Shown in pieces: positions 1 to 13,120 of a DNA stretch of 64,000 nt. Source of the stretch: Ramazzottius varieornatus (taxonomy: Eukaryota; Animalia; Tardigrada); contig BDGG01000001.1 of assembly GCA_001949185.1 (NCBI GenBank), positions 4,887,624 to 4,951,623 of the forward strand. Direction: 5' to 3'. A model generated the notes under the pieces. That model made no database searches. It was not told the origin of the DNA and worked only from the letters and a program-made list of their open reading frames with translations. The first letter of the stretch is position 1. Every line of letters starts with the position of its first letter. The translations under genes were made by a program, and so were the position numbers.

Positions 1-3000
1 AGGGTTCGGCGATTCGGCTTCTTTCTCCACATCAGCCATCGCGAGTGTCAGGTTAGCCATCAAATCTTGTATATTTGTGACGATGGTTGTAATGAAGGGG
101 CTGATATCAGTAAAGTTTTCGGCGGCATCGGTGAAGGACTGGATGGTCTCGTTGGAGGTGGCGGTAACTTTGAGCATGTCCATGTACAGGCCGTACATGA
201 AGGTGTTGGCCGGGAAGGCCATGAACTTGTCGTTCTTCTTGATGTCTTTGATGGCGTCGTCATGAGTTACTTCGTTGCTCTTGCGGGGACCCGTCCAGTC
301 TTCGGTCAGCTCCGGGATGGGATGGTCGACGGTCAGCTTGTACATGGTCCACTCGTAGACGAAAATGTATTGCTTGCATTTCGTGTTGAAGAAGGGCTTG
401 GTGACCGAGGACTGGATGACGAAATACTGGCTGCGGTGAAACGGTGGACCCGAACTGATGTTCCAGCCACCTGTAAAGATAACGAGGCTGAGGTCTGATG
501 AGCAGTTGAGGTCGAGATTTCGGACCCAGGCAAACAAAATTCACAAGATCGTTTTGACAAGTGGCGTACACCTCATCCAAAACCCTTAGAAATATGCGCC
601 ACCTCAGAGACGGAATTCGACAAGATGGGTTTTTCCCAAGTGGCATACGTTTTCCACCAATAATACCCCAATTGTGCGCCACTAAGAAAGCTATCTTGTC
701 GAGTATGTCCTCGGCGATCGATCCTTACCAAACTGGAGTAGTGTTATAAGGCAGATCAGCAGTATCCCCAACACAATATCAGAGGGATCGCTCGAAGCCG
801 TGAGACAGGAACAATCAGAATTCGAATACCTCGGTAAAATTGCGCTCAGACAACGCTGCGCACCACCCAGTTTTTCCACAAAACCTTCTTCTAAAATTCT
901 GCAGGCTAGTTTTCCATACGTTTTTTGCTTCGCTACATAGTGCAGGTTCCGTAGTACTAATCTATCGAACACTGTTTAATCAGGCCGCTGCTGCCGAGAG
1001 AGGAAAATTTTGTAGGAAACTCAGTTTTGAAGGTCCTCCTTTCCGCAATTTTCCTGTCTTTCTTGAATGATCGCAGCCGCCTGTTTTCTGGTTTGATAAA
1101 TTAACAAGAGGCAGCTACTAATGTGCCAAACATAGGATAGCCTTTGAAAGTCGCCATACAAAGCTGAGAGAAAGTTTTCAAATCCGTCGAAAACCTTAAT
1201 TTTGTTGGTGAAGACCTGATACTTATAAAGTTACTACTTGCCGTTAATGATGGAGACAGTTGGGAAGCAAATATCCGGGTACGGGTCAACATGGACCACC
1301 GTAATGTACTTTGCCGTCGGGAACTCGCCGTTGTAGACCTGCACCGTCAAGGCGTAGTCGCCGGGACCGTTAAACCAGTGCTTGTAATAATACAAGTAAC
1401 GCTCGCTCGGCGTCTGCAGTGTCACTTCAATGCGGGTCCGTGCTCGAATGGCGTCCGAAGCGGCAGGAGTGTAGACGGGCTCGGTGGCGTCGAAGTAAAA
1501 ACGGTCACCCATGTTGAAGTAAAACCTGGCTTTGTCACCCAAACTGGCGCACTGCAGGACGTAGGTCACGTACCGGCCAGCTATGATGCGAACTTCCGAA
1601 GCGGTCACCGTACACCGATCCGCACCCTCTAAAAGTTAAACAAGACGCTAGTGGAAATCGTTGTATAACTGGCTGACATAACCGTAGAAAAAGCTGATCA
1701 TCGCTTCAGTGTTCACAGGGAGAAGAAATTTCGCGTTTGGCTGTAACACAAAAATCTCGCGCGTGTCAAACCGCGCACAGTGCCGTGGTAAGTAATGTTT
1801 ACTGATTTTTCTTCCCCGCTATTTTTATATTGGAGACGAATAATGGAATGGCGGGGGTACTTACTTATGTCACAGTGTTGTCCCACATAGCCAGGCGCAC
1901 ACGTACACGTATACGACAACGGCACCGGGTTACAGGTCGCTCCGTTCAAGCACGGACTGGATGAACATAAGTCGATGGGTGTCAAGCAGTCCGGCAAAGC
2001 GTAGCCAGCAGGACACTGGCAGATAAAGGACCCAATGGTGTTCTCGCACGTCGCGTTTCCCGCACAGGTCGTCGTGTTGGCTAGTTTGTCCCTCAGACAC
2101 TCGTCGATGTCTTCCTCGCACCGACCGCCCTTCTTGAAGCCCGGTGGACAGATGCAAGAGAATTGTCGACCGTCTTGTTCGCAGGTTCCACCGTGGTTGC
2201 ATGGGTTGGGTTGACAGGGCGTGTTAGACATTTCGCATTTTGTATCGTTGAAATCGGTGGCGCAGACACACATTGGCGAACCGTTGACGATTTGACAGCG
2301 ACCTCCGTTGCTGCACTGGACGAAGGTGCAAGCGTCGGAGGCTTTCTCGCAAACGTCACCGTTGTAACCATCTTTGCATTCGCACCTGAAGCCCTTTTCG
2401 CTGTCTTCCGCTCTATACGATAAAAACAAGATCCAGCTATAGTATACTTAAATGTCAAAAAGCGGCAAACCAGCTCGACCAGATCGTCATTCCAAGTGGC
2501 GCATACTCCCAGCCGGTAACACTGATAACGTGCGTCACTCGGACAAACTCGGCAGAAGAGGCGCACGTTGTCGGTGTTACGGGTTGAAATCATGCGCCAC
2601 TTGAAAAACTGATCTTGTCAGGTACGTCTGCCTTGGTCCCAATTATTGGAAGCTCCTACACGCATGTCCCTTCATGTCGACAAGGGTATCGCGAACAATC
2701 AAGGACTTCTTCCTCACACAGATCGCCAATGTAGTCCGGTTGACAAATACAGGTGAAACCATTGAGGCCTCCGCTGACACACGAGCCATGAAGACAAGGG
2801 TTCGGCAGGCACATGCTCTTCTCGATTTCACAGAAGTCCCCGGTATGCCCCGCGTCACAGACACACTTGAAGTACTTCGGTGGAATATTGGTCGGGACGC
2901 ACTTGGTGTTGATCTGGCAGAAGACCCCGTCGCAGTGGTTGACACACGAGGAGTTGTCGGCGTCCAGGAAGTAGCCTGGCCGACACTGGCAGGAATACCC

Positions 3001-4503
3001 TGATGGGTCCTGGATGCAGGAATCCGAGCAGGGTTGAAGCGAACAAAAGTCCTTGGCTGCACAAGTGTGCATGATGGCGAACTCTTGGTTGATTTGCTGG
3101 ACCAACTTGGATTTGTGCGGGTCTTTGCAGAATGCCTTACACCCTGTGACGTTGCCGGTACCGATGCAGCAGATGTCGGGATCGCCTTCTAGCGCGGAAT
3201 CCATGATGTAATGGTCGTCCGCTTGCGCTTCGGTGATGGCTTCGGCATCGACGTCGGAAAATTCGTCAGTAGGGGTAATCGTCTCGTTTGTGGGTAAACT
3301 TGGGCCTACATAAATAAAATTAATTTAAAGAAATTTCTCCCAAATCTTACTCTCGCTTAGTTTTTCTTACTGTTGATTTCAATCCAGGTATTGTAAATTC
3401 TAATTTCATCCAGAGTTATTTCAGCATTGTTCTCAGTGGCCGGGGTTAATGTAGCAATGTACATTCTGTCGATCCCAATCGGATCGTAGTTGGGCGTCTT
3501 CTCTACAACTCGGCATTTGTCCTCCTGCTCCTGGCCACACGGAACCCCGTTCACTGCCACACTGTACTGCAGGAAACCAAAGTAGTTCCGACAGGAAGCG
3601 TGGACGGAATACCATCGGTTGACGTTGATGTTGCCGCACTCGCATCGAAAATCGTACGTCCGATACCCTGTAAGAAAAATGTAACGAAAATCGTACAACA
3701 CGGAAGACCCGGTGAAGGAAACCCTTTACATCGTACTGTCAAGTGGTGCACCTTTACAGCAAAAACACTGAGATCGTCCGCCACTACGAAAAACAGTCCA
3801 ACTCGACAAGAACATTCTCCCAAGTGGCGCATGCTCCACCCGAGAACAACGAAAACGTGCGCTACTTGACATAACGATCTTGTACGTTTCACGTATCAAC
3901 CTCCCATATGTTTCCTTTTTCTGTTTCTGATACAGAAATATTTAAGATAGTGGTACTTGCCGAAACGAACTTCGACTTTGCGGGTCGCCGAGTTTACGTG
4001 GATATCCCATCCAGCCGCATTGGAAGGGTCTATTTCACGATTACCCACAGCCAGAAGATACACAGATCCACGCGGGCTGACGGATACTTTAAAGTAGAGC
4101 AAGATGGTGATCCCTGTCGGGGACTTCTCCAAGTCGTACAGCCACGGATAAGCCCCTTCCAAGTAGCCGTGATGATCCTTCTGGAAAGCTAAAGCTTTGG
4201 TGGATCCTTGGCGGTTAGGTGCGTCGTATTTGGTGATGGCGCCACCCGGGAAGTAGGCCGTCAAGTTGGACTTCGCAACGGATGCTGTATTAGCGACAGA
4301 GATTCCGTCGAGTGGCAGATGAAGTTGTTGTAGCTCAGAGTATATATCTGAGCAAGAACTATGTGACACTGTTGTTATCCTTCAACTTTTCTTACGCTTT
4401 CCAGTCACCGTTGTTGTGACTTACCTAGCTGCCGTAAGGTAGTGCCTCCTAGTGCGAAGAACAAGCAAATTATCCACGACGGTTTCCCTTTAGCACAGCG
4501 CAT
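1..4503 (-). CDS. Multi-exon polycystin-1/REJ-like cell-surface protein, 5' part (signal peptide, LamG/ConA-like domain, 8 EGF repeats, PKD-like domain, start of REJ-like module); continues beyond left edge
   Basis: ATG 4503 gives MRCAKGKPSWIICLFFALGG (signal-like) then a gtaagt donor. Exons ~3955-4330 and ~3357-3668 (…WYSVHAS…VAVNG…LDEIRIYN, LamG-like). EGF exons 2659-3305 and 1865-2410 (includes DIDEC calcium-binding EGF). Exon ~1238-1628 has HWFNGPGDYALTVQVYN (PKD-like). Exon 1-472 reads …YIFVYEWTMYK…FPANTFMYGLY (REJ-like). Confidence 0.7.
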
Positions 4504-5332
4504 CCTTGAATTGAGCCTAACATTGCGAACTCGGTAAGATTTTCATAAATTAGGGTCACCGCTCAGGCATCTACTGTGAAACATGTCAGAAAAGGAGGCT
4601 TTGTTCTGTCCGTAGGCTTGCACAGAACAGACGCCACCATTCCCATGTTTCATTGGTAACCGCCGAGCTGAGAAGTACTATGTAACGCTGCCGCGAGGCT
4701 TTTGAAGTTTAAACTGGAGATGTTAGGTGGTGAAGGTGGTGGTAAAGCCGATGGGGCAAAGCTGATGGAGTGGTGCTACTCCACAGATGAATTCATTGAA
4801 TCTATGTACGTCAGAGAAAAATGAATTAAAAGCGCTGGTGAACAATGCTTCCCGCGGACTGACCTTACGGGTTGGGTTGTCAAATTGAAGCACCAGACGC
4901 GGAATGCCGCCGCAACTGGTATGACTCTTCTTTCACACGAAGGAGCAGCATAGTATTCTCTTCCCGGAATTTTTGGACGTCCGAAAACTTCATCTTGAGG
5001 TAAAGACACCGATTCAACGCAGAGTTCCACAAGACCTCCAGAGCCGCGCATCACGAACTGTAGACTCTGCACAATAAAACAGTGCGACGATAGTTCTTAC
5101 AGTGAATGGTTGGCGAAAAACGAGAAGAAAACTGCATAAGTAAACCTTGGCAAACGACAACGTTGGAAAACATCCATGTACAACAGGATATCCAACTGCA
5201 GCTTCCTGTGCACGATGTCCCATCTCATCGAGCCTGTCTCCCCTGTATGGTCTTCTGGGTGACTCAGGCGAACGCAATAGTTGCTGATGTACAGTATTGC
5301 AAATACTGCAAAACCATTTCAAGGAAGAATTA

Positions 5333-5489
5333 ACCAGAGGTGGCCAGGGAAATTCAAGTGGTGGAGTGGCGCATGCAACCCTTGCAAGCAGTTAAGCATT
5401 CAGTTGCCCGCTGATTTAGTTATCACAAGGCTTCCATGCAGCCGCTAACTCTACCACTCCACCACATGAATTTCCCTGGCTACCCCGGT
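5333..5489. mobile_element. Short inverted-repeat element (MITE-like)
   Basis: gtggccagggaaattcaagtggtggagtgg … ccactccaccacatgaatttccctggctac form imperfect terminal inverted repeats. Confidence 0.6.
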
Positions 5490-5598
5490 TCTCAATACAC
5501 AAGTTCATTCGTGGCAGTCTCCCACATCTGATAGAGTTTATCTCAGGGGCCATGTCGGTAAATAAAAAGATATAGAAACTCAGTCATGCTGAAAAGGT

Positions 5599-5730
5599 AT
5601 GGTTAACAATCGAATGAAGGAATGGCTGGAACAGGGAGTGATGGAGAGATCGTCGAGCGATTGGTTATTTGCGATAGTGTTGCTCGACAAGCGAGATGGT
5701 GGAGGTGGAAACCAAATGTGCGTGAGCTGT
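5599..5730 (+). pseudogene. Ty3/gypsy reverse transcriptase N-terminal fragment
   Basis: MKEWLEQGVMERSSSDWLFAIVLLDKRDGG…MCV resembles the LTR-retrotransposon RT motif ML..GVI..S.S.W.SPIVLV.KKDG..R.CVD; no continuation. Confidence 0.55.
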
Positions 5731-6292
5731 CATGCTCGACAAGAAGACGAAGGAGAAGAACTTTCTTCTAGCGAACGTTTACGAAGTTTTGTTGAAGCCT
5801 CGGAAAAGTCTCCCGCTTCACCACGATCAAAGTGGATTCCAGCGTGGTTCTAATCGAACACACCTACGCACCGGGGACCGAGAAACGACTGAATCCGACT
5901 GAATCCAACTGAATTCAACTGCCAGCTGAGACTGTCCTGGCTCAAAAACCCGTTTCGGACTCTATAAACCCTTGAGCACTGTACGAAGTGCCTGATTCGG
6001 GAATTCCATATTTGATGAATGCTCTCCTACTTCACTCGATTCCGGCTATTTTCTGGATATTTTATATCAATTCCGCTTGATGAAGTTGTATTGATTCTTT
6101 GCCTGCGCCGCTTCTAGGACAGGCAGACTACGCGTCACAGGTCGCGATAGCTTGATCGAGCAACGTTTCAGAAGTGGCCATGCACGGCGGTTCACCTGGG
6201 CGTATGCGTCATTTGTCAGACGTTGGAAAAATTGTAGTTCGAGCTGAGCTTACGGTACTGACGAAGCTCCTACTGTATCTATATTTAACATA

Positions 6293-6913
6293 CAGGTGAG
6301 GACTCCTCTCACCACCGGCACCACCGATGGGCTCATCTCAACACCGCAGTTATTAGCAATACCACCAATGGGCTCTTTTCACCACTTGCATTTAGAGTTT
6401 TGACACCATCCACGGCTCATCGCACCACCACCCGGAATTTTATTCCAGTTGGTGGTGACCGAGACACCACCAAGAACAGTGCTGTAGTAAACAAATTCTT
6501 TTGAAATACGCGGAACTAGTACATATATGAACGATATCTCTTAGGGGGAAACAACAGCGGGTACGGTAACGGACAACTCATAGTAGTACCACAGTATCCA
6601 TAATCATATGAATAAGTGCAGCTACTCTATGACGACTATTTTCGGGACGACCCTGCGATCGGTGTTTGGCTGTGGCTCGGGTCTCCATTGTGCCAAATGT
6701 GCCACAGCGTCGTCCGGTGTCATAAAGCTAAAGCGTTGTTAGTGATAGTGACAAGAAACATCAGTTTCGCGGTGGTGGTGGTGAACTCATGATTTTTTGG
6801 TTAATCTCACCACATTTCATCTGATTAAAGAATTAATTGAAAGTGGTGTCAATTATAACCGGGGGTGAGATGAGCCGATCGGTGGTGTCGGTAGTGAGAG
6901 GAGACCTCACCTA
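6293..6913. mobile_element. ~620-bp non-autonomous inverted-repeat element
   Basis: caggtgaggactcctctcaccaccggcaccaccgatgggctcatctca at left; tgagatgagccgatcggtggtgtcggtagtgagaggagacctcaccta at right; target duplication unclear. Confidence 0.7.
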
Positions 6914-7949
6914 ATATATATACACTGTCATCTTGTGGTTTTGTTTCCGGTCAAGTTCTCGGAGATGGCTGAACCAAAACAATCTGATAGACCTACAGTT
7001 TCAGTCAATGACATTTCATCGAAATTTCATTGATATTTCCATCGAAAAGTCAGTATCGGATTAGGGGTTTCCTAATTATTGTATTAGTAGGGGTGTCTGT
7101 CGCAAATCAGAAGTAAAACAGGGCTTCGATAGGAGTGCCTATAGCCAAACGGGGGTTTGCCTATAGCCATTTTTTCATAAAAATACTAATAGAATAGACA
7201 GGCTGATGCGAAACCAATCCGATTAGCGCAGAGGCGGGGATTCATCTTGCGCTATTCATGCGAGGTTGAGACTCGTTACGCGAAGCAGGCGATTTGCGTA
7301 ACTTCCTCGGAAGGTTATGCAGAATTTCTCTTCTTTCTCGTGGACCAGTTTGAAACGAGATATCAGATCAAACTAAATGTCCATTTTGAATGAGTAATAG
7401 AGACAGAAGGATTTAGTTTCAATTACTCAAAGCTGAGACCTGTCAGAACCGCGTATAATTTGGTGAGAATAGTCACAGTTGAAGGCGAAGTGGTGAAAGC
7501 TACACTTGGAGTCGGAAAGCTCATTCCGATAAAGTCACAGTTAAGCTGCAGCTTCATGGAGAACCAGTGGAGACACCACCATCAAAGTTACCGAAAAATC
7601 TTACGATAAAGATCACTCTCAAAGCTGCTACTGGCTGAGATCCAGGACAAAACCACGTAAACCCAAAAGCACGTCTCCAAATGTCTTTACATCGGAGAAG
7701 TTCACCAAACAAGCATCGCAATCACCGGTCTTCACATCCGAGCTTGGGCAAATGGAAGCCATCCCCACACAATTCTTCTGGCCATTCCCAGTGACCCCGA
7801 CACAGAAGCTCTCAACCAGTAGACTGAGGAGCAATAAAACTCACAAAATTTCACTTCCATAACTCATCATTTTTGCTCCACCTTCGACTTTCGCATTTCC
7901 TTTCGCATTTAACTACTACTTCCTGGATCCTAACCCCCAGATTAAAACC

Positions 7950-8882
7950 AACTATCCGGTCGGGTCGATATGACTATACGTTATTTTTAAGTACAACTTC
8001 AAAAAATCGTATCTTTGTACAAAATCGGATTTTCGATCGGGTTTCCTTCTGTAATATAGGGCAAGCTATGGTCTTTGAGCACTCGCGTGAGAGTTTCGAC
8101 CGCGCTCTCAATTAATTTCCAGAAACGGTTGTAGTTACTTTTCACTTCTTGAAAATTGTGACACCGTCTACAAGAAAACATTTTGCAGCCCACTAAAGCA
8201 GTAGAAACCATACAGAAATCAAGCAATAAGAGCCTAAAGGCCGTGCCATCAAACATCTGTTTTGTTTCAGTTTGAGAAACCTTGGCTGAGTATATAGCCA
8301 GGTTGAAGTTTAGCTTGTCAAACACAACAAACTGATGAAACAAAAACAGTACCCTGCATTCCTCGAGAGAGTGAAAATTCTGAAACTTCTAATGGTGAAA
8401 GTAGATACCTTAGTGTATCATAGAAAGGTACTCTTACTTGCTTTCATCGACCAAGCGAGGAAAGATAGCGAAAAACGTGTCACCCCGATGTACTCGGGAT
8501 GACACCTGTTTCGCACGCCGAAAAGTGCGACGTATCACCCGGTATTTTGCAAAACTTTTCTCCAAAGTTTACTATCTTTAGTTTGTAGTCCAAGCTATGT
8601 GGTAGAGCAAATAGACCAGTTTTTGAGAAAGAAGTAACCAGTTTTGAGGTAAAAAACTGCGAACGAACCCTGGTTAGAAGTGAGCGCTGGTTCTTCCCTC
8701 ATTTTTCCACTATTTTTCTCTCATTGAATCGCTTTAATTGTCGATGCACAAATTTCGGAGAGTTTGTTGCTGCTGCTGCTGAGGACCACACGAAATGGAG
8801 CAGTTTCTTTAAATTATTAGAGAACGCTGTTGAAAGTTTGCCACCAAAAAAAGGAAAGTCATATCGACCGATCTGATAGATC
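7950..8882. mobile_element. Degenerate inverted-repeat element with central hairpin
   Basis: ggtcgatatgact at ~7961 versus agtcatatcgacc at ~8857; central palindrome gtgtcaccccga…tcgggatgacac at ~8477-8504; ends uncertain. Confidence 0.45.
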
Positions 8883-8942
8883 GAGAGTTTCTCCCGTGTT
8901 TTTCTTAATTAAAAGCAAGCTTGTATATATGTAACCACGCTA

Positions 8943-9046
8943 CAGTGCAGAGACCGCATCCCTTCCGGTGACCGAGCGACATCGGTTACCACTGACTGAT
9001 ACTCCAAGCCCTCATGAGTACCGGAAGGCATGCATTCTCTGCCCTG
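8943..9046. mobile_element. Tc1/mariner-type MITE (TA target duplication)
   Basis: TA|cagtgcagaga…ccttccggt … accggaagg…tctctgccctg|TA. Confidence 0.65.
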
Positions 9047-9521
9047 TACATTCTACTACAAGTCTGTAACATATCCATACAACCAGCGAGAATCTTTTCG
9101 CATTCTCGCTCCGCTGTGTGGGCTCATCTTACATACATGTAAGTATCAGCAGCTAGTAAGTACATGGTAGCTCATGTGGGTGCTTGTATCTAAGCCTCGG
9201 TGCCTACTGCGATGGCTCGAGAAGAGAGCTATAATGTTTTGGAGATTTTTGGATTTCTGCATTACGGATATCGACGCTGACAATTCCTTACGGTATCTCG
9301 AGCTGCTAGTCTTGAAGCTGATGTTGTATGACATTCATCATTCTATTCCGTCGTTCAATGTGAGTATTTGCGTATGCGAATCTTCTCCAAGTGGTTCGAT
9401 GGTCGAGAGAGTGCATGGAAAGGTTGTTGATGCAGTTCTTCAAATGTTGACTTGACTTCAAGTGCTGTTCCGACCTCTAGTGCCATCTTGGTCTTTACAC
9501 AGCTCTGCAATTCTTAGAAAT

Positions 9522-10384
9522 ATGCCTACACCGGCAAATGGATCCGCCAGGTCGCACGGTCCCGACCGATCTAGCTTCGCCACTTCGTCTACTAAATCGG
9601 CTAGTGGAAGCGCAAGATCAAACACCGGCTCCATCAGGGCTTACCATACACCACTGCATGCAACGAGCAGTGCTCCTGTCGAGTCTCGATTTACCCGCGA
9701 TGCTCGTGGTGACCGTAATGCGACTAGGGACGGGAAACTGAGACAACAAGGCTCGATCAAGTCCAACTCATCGGCTTGGGACGCTCTTCTAAGTCTTCAG
9801 GAGCTGGACAGAAAACGGCGACCGGTTATGATGGCCGCTCGTCCACCAGCCTCCTTCAGCCGGCTAGCAACTTACCATGCTGTTTCTTCTGTGGTGACCA
9901 TTTCTTGCCAGATTACGGGTGGGTTTGCACGACGTCAAAGTTTCTTTGATTCTCGCTATATGACCACACATGGGCTTTTGCAGTTACGGTTCTGGTGTCT
10001 GTTTGTTCGGAGGAAACGCATTTATTTCAACACCACACACCTGGACCATACAACGTGGGTAAAGCGTCGCTTGGGATAGTGGCCGGTGTAATCTACTATC
10101 TCCTCGCTACTTATGGATGGTACATGGCGCGGAACATTTACTCTTTTGCATCCGATGTGCTGAAAGATAAGTTATGGCTTTTTAACGTTCTCAATGGTCT
10201 TTCAGTGATCGTCTCTTTGCTACTATTCGGTGCCAGTAGCTATCTGTCTAAGAGCAGCGCTTGTTGGTATGACGAGATCCCTGGGTCTGCTTCTGCCTCA
10301 GCTCTTCTTGCCATGAGTCTATTTCTGACTATTACAGCTTGCTTCGAAATCTGCATAGGCGCGACTGGTGTCTTTGTGAAATAG
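9522..10384 (+). CDS. Four-transmembrane MS4A/CD20-like membrane protein with disordered N-terminus
   Basis: ATG 9522. An intron at 9919-9983 (gtgggt…ttgcag) joins ORF 9462-10079 to ORF 9995-10384 in frame. Four hydrophobic segments (RLATYHAVSSVVTISC…, LGIVAGVIYYLLA, LFNVLNGLSVIVSLLLFG, LLAMSLFLTITACFEICIG). Confidence 0.55.
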
Positions 10385-12625
10385 CGTGATCGCCATCCTA
10401 CCGTTACATACATCACACGTCAAATCTCACCAAGGCTCAATGTTATCACTTTGCGTAACTACCTAGCAAGTGCTCCTGACCACCGGAAAGGCCGAGCGTA
10501 CGCGAGAAACCAGTAGCCGTGCCACATATTTTCATTACGCTTCATAGCCCAGTACAGACCATTGTTCTTTCCCAGTTTTCTCTTAGATAGCAGGAGAATT
10601 TGCTAGCTCAGCGAGACGGTTAGAGTCGAAGAACTCACGAAAGTACCCACGGTAAGTTCAAGCGTAACTCCTAGCCTGGGCGCCAGACCAAGCTGACCAA
10701 TTGCGGGCAGTTGGTTCCCTGAGCCCCCTGTTGGCTCGTTCGTCCAATAACCCGCCAGGTGAACTGGGGCACTGGGCTAGGCTGAGGTACTCCGCTAGCC
10801 TGTTGACTAAACCCCCTGCCAACTCGTACTCCGGCGCTTTGCTCCTCCCTTGCTCGGTCGTCCTCTAACCCGCCAGTTCGGTTGGGATAGTAAGCAGAAC
10901 GCGGAAGTAGGTTGAAGTGTTGCCATTTGTGGCCGCATAGCGGTCCGTCAAACGACAGTACTGAGTTTGCGATTTCAGAGAGCTTGATCATTTGTGCCAT
11001 CCTTTGAATTCGTGCCATGCTGAATTACCAGTGTGGCTTGACCATAGTGTTAAATGTTCTATCAATCAACAGCTAAATCAACTCCAGCTTTCATCGAACA
11101 CAGCAACAAGGCTATGTCGCCGATAGGTTTGGTCAAGTTTTTGATTATTGATTAGCGCTTGTGGTGTATTGCATTAGATTGCCGGCAGGTTACGAGATCT
11201 TCCTGCTCTCCGGCATCCCTTGCTATTTTCGTCCCCTGTATTCCCTCTATATCCCTCTGCCTCTGTTTACCGAGCAAGTGCGTGGTTCGAGCCTTTGACG
11301 GTGGAGAGTGGACCATCTGCTGGCTGACCGTCTGTTTCCTGCAGGCTTGTTGTACAAGCCTCGACTTGTCCCATCATCACCTTTATCGCTCGTGCCGTCT
11401 GTCTAGCCTCTTCTGTCGCCGTCTGTTCTGCTGCTGACTCTTCCCTAGAGTTTTCTCTTTGTTCTGCTCCGCTCTGTGGGTGTTTCCGTTGCAGCTTAGT
11501 GGACATCTAAGCCGAGTCATATCCCGCTAACCTGTTTGTATGCATGTCGCGTCGTCGAATGGCGCATGTATCGTGGTGCATGACAGCCAGGCGATTTCGG
11601 CACGAGTGCAACAAGCACGGACGTACTTTCTGCTTTCGTTTGTGCATATGCAGTGTACGCTTGTGCTTGTCGCACTAACGCTGTAAAGCCTGAGCTCTCA
11701 CGCACCACAAAACATTACGGTGGGCCGGAGCTTTATGGTTTCGGCAGTGTTTTGATTGGTGGAAATGAATATCTTTTGACCAATAAAATTATTTTCCAGG
11801 TCTGATGAAGTCCGCGGCGAAGAAAGTACGTGACAAAGAAAGTCTCGTTTTGTTTTTACAATTTCATTCATCATCTTTTCCAGATCATCTCGAGGATTGG
11901 TAATCCGAGAAATACGGTTCCCCAAGGTGATAATACTCGTTACAATTGCGTATCAGGTTTAGGCGGTTCCCCAACCGTCCAAGTTGGAGCTGGATCCTTT
12001 TCGAAACACCAATAAATTCAGTTTTCTAGTAACGCACGCGTCACCAAACCCGAAACTCATTCCTGCACAATCGCAAAGTGGGTTGAGCGTCTAGACCGTG
12101 GTGGCTGCGTTATGGAACCCCGTTCTTCATTTCATTCATTCGCGATCTCTAGAACATCTTCCGGTCGAAGTTCGATGACGCTATCTTAGGACACCCTCTC
12201 ATGATTTTTACCGCGATCGCTTCGGAAAATATCTTCAAGATTTGGAAACAAGAGAAGTTCGGCTCTGAAGAATGTTCTTGCGGTACTTCAAACGTGATCT
12301 TCGGACTTGCCCAGTTTTTCCACAAATGTCGGTTGTATTTCTACTCCAAGCGTCGCACTCAGGTTGAAAAGCTCCCGAAACCCGAAGAAACAAAATTTGT
12401 TAGGAAAACTAAGGATAGAACTCACCTGTGATCCCGTCCCATGAACTAGGTTTGTTTCCTACGTTTTCTTACCTGTTTTACAATTTATTTGTTTGTAAAG
12501 CGTGACGTCATCCTTCCAGGGGCGTGTCAGGCTTCTTTTGCCTGTACTCCAATCAGCGTTCAGACCGTTGTTCGACGTTTTCGTTATTATTCCTCTATGC
12601 ACATTTCACACTATGGTCAACTCAC

Positions 12626-13120
12626 TAAGGTCGTAAATTCCTAATTCCATTCCTTTCCGAATTCCGTTCCATTCCTGGAATTCCGTTCCAAGGGGTAGCC
12701 GTCGAAAAACTGAACCCGATGCTGGCTCACACATGCGTACCACTGAGGCTAATTGGTCGTTCAGTTGAACGACCAATAGCATTTTACGATCCGTCGCACT
12801 AAAGTATGCGGCGCCTTCAACTGTGCGTAAGTCCTCGATTTTCCCTTGGACTTTCAGGTCCGACAAGACCGAAAGTTCGGATCGGAAAATCTCTAGCTGG
12901 CTTTCAGACTCAAAACCATTATTTGTTGATGACTTCAGATCATGGTTACTGTTTAGAAGGGTATGTAAAAAGAACTAAACTGGCAAATGGGTCTTTGAAA
13001 TTCCAGACTTTTGCGAGGACCTTCTGGAGAAGAAGATAGGAATATAGGAATATAGGAATATTAGGAATTCCTCTCCTATTTTCCATTCCAATGGCATTCG
13101 GCCTGGAATTTACAACCTTA
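12626..13120 (-). mobile_element. hAT-like non-autonomous element, copy 1
   Basis: TIRs taaggtcgtaaattcc / ggaatttacaacctta; 8-bp flanks caactcac / caacccac; body highly similar (inverted) to 57286-57873. Confidence 0.8.

Noticed and set aside
67-498. Long antisense ORFs over coding exons (also 1291-1632, 39794-40321, 60954-61487)
   Set aside because: Shadows of codon bias on the opposite strand of real genes
2656-2658. Apparent in-frame TAG in an EGF repeat
   Set aside because: It lies in the donor site (TGC GT|gtagga); splicing to tatag|A GCG restores CVAEDSEKGFRC
545-3883. Repeat-spacer-repeat pattern as a CRISPR array
   Set aside because: Arms are inverted, dispersed and intronic in a eukaryotic gene; no direct-repeat array or cas genes
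5888-5921. 10-bp tandem repeat gactgaatcc
   Set aside because: Short degenerate minisatellite with no further structure
10400-11520. Possible gag-like retroelement remnant (ORFs 10671-11018, 11267-11506)
   Set aside because: No zinc knuckle, LTR or other diagnostic motif could be identified
12606-12866. Duplicated small ORF MSDLKVQ… (also 57532-57741) as a gene family
   Set aside because: Both lie inside copies of a non-autonomous hAT-like element and diverge in frame
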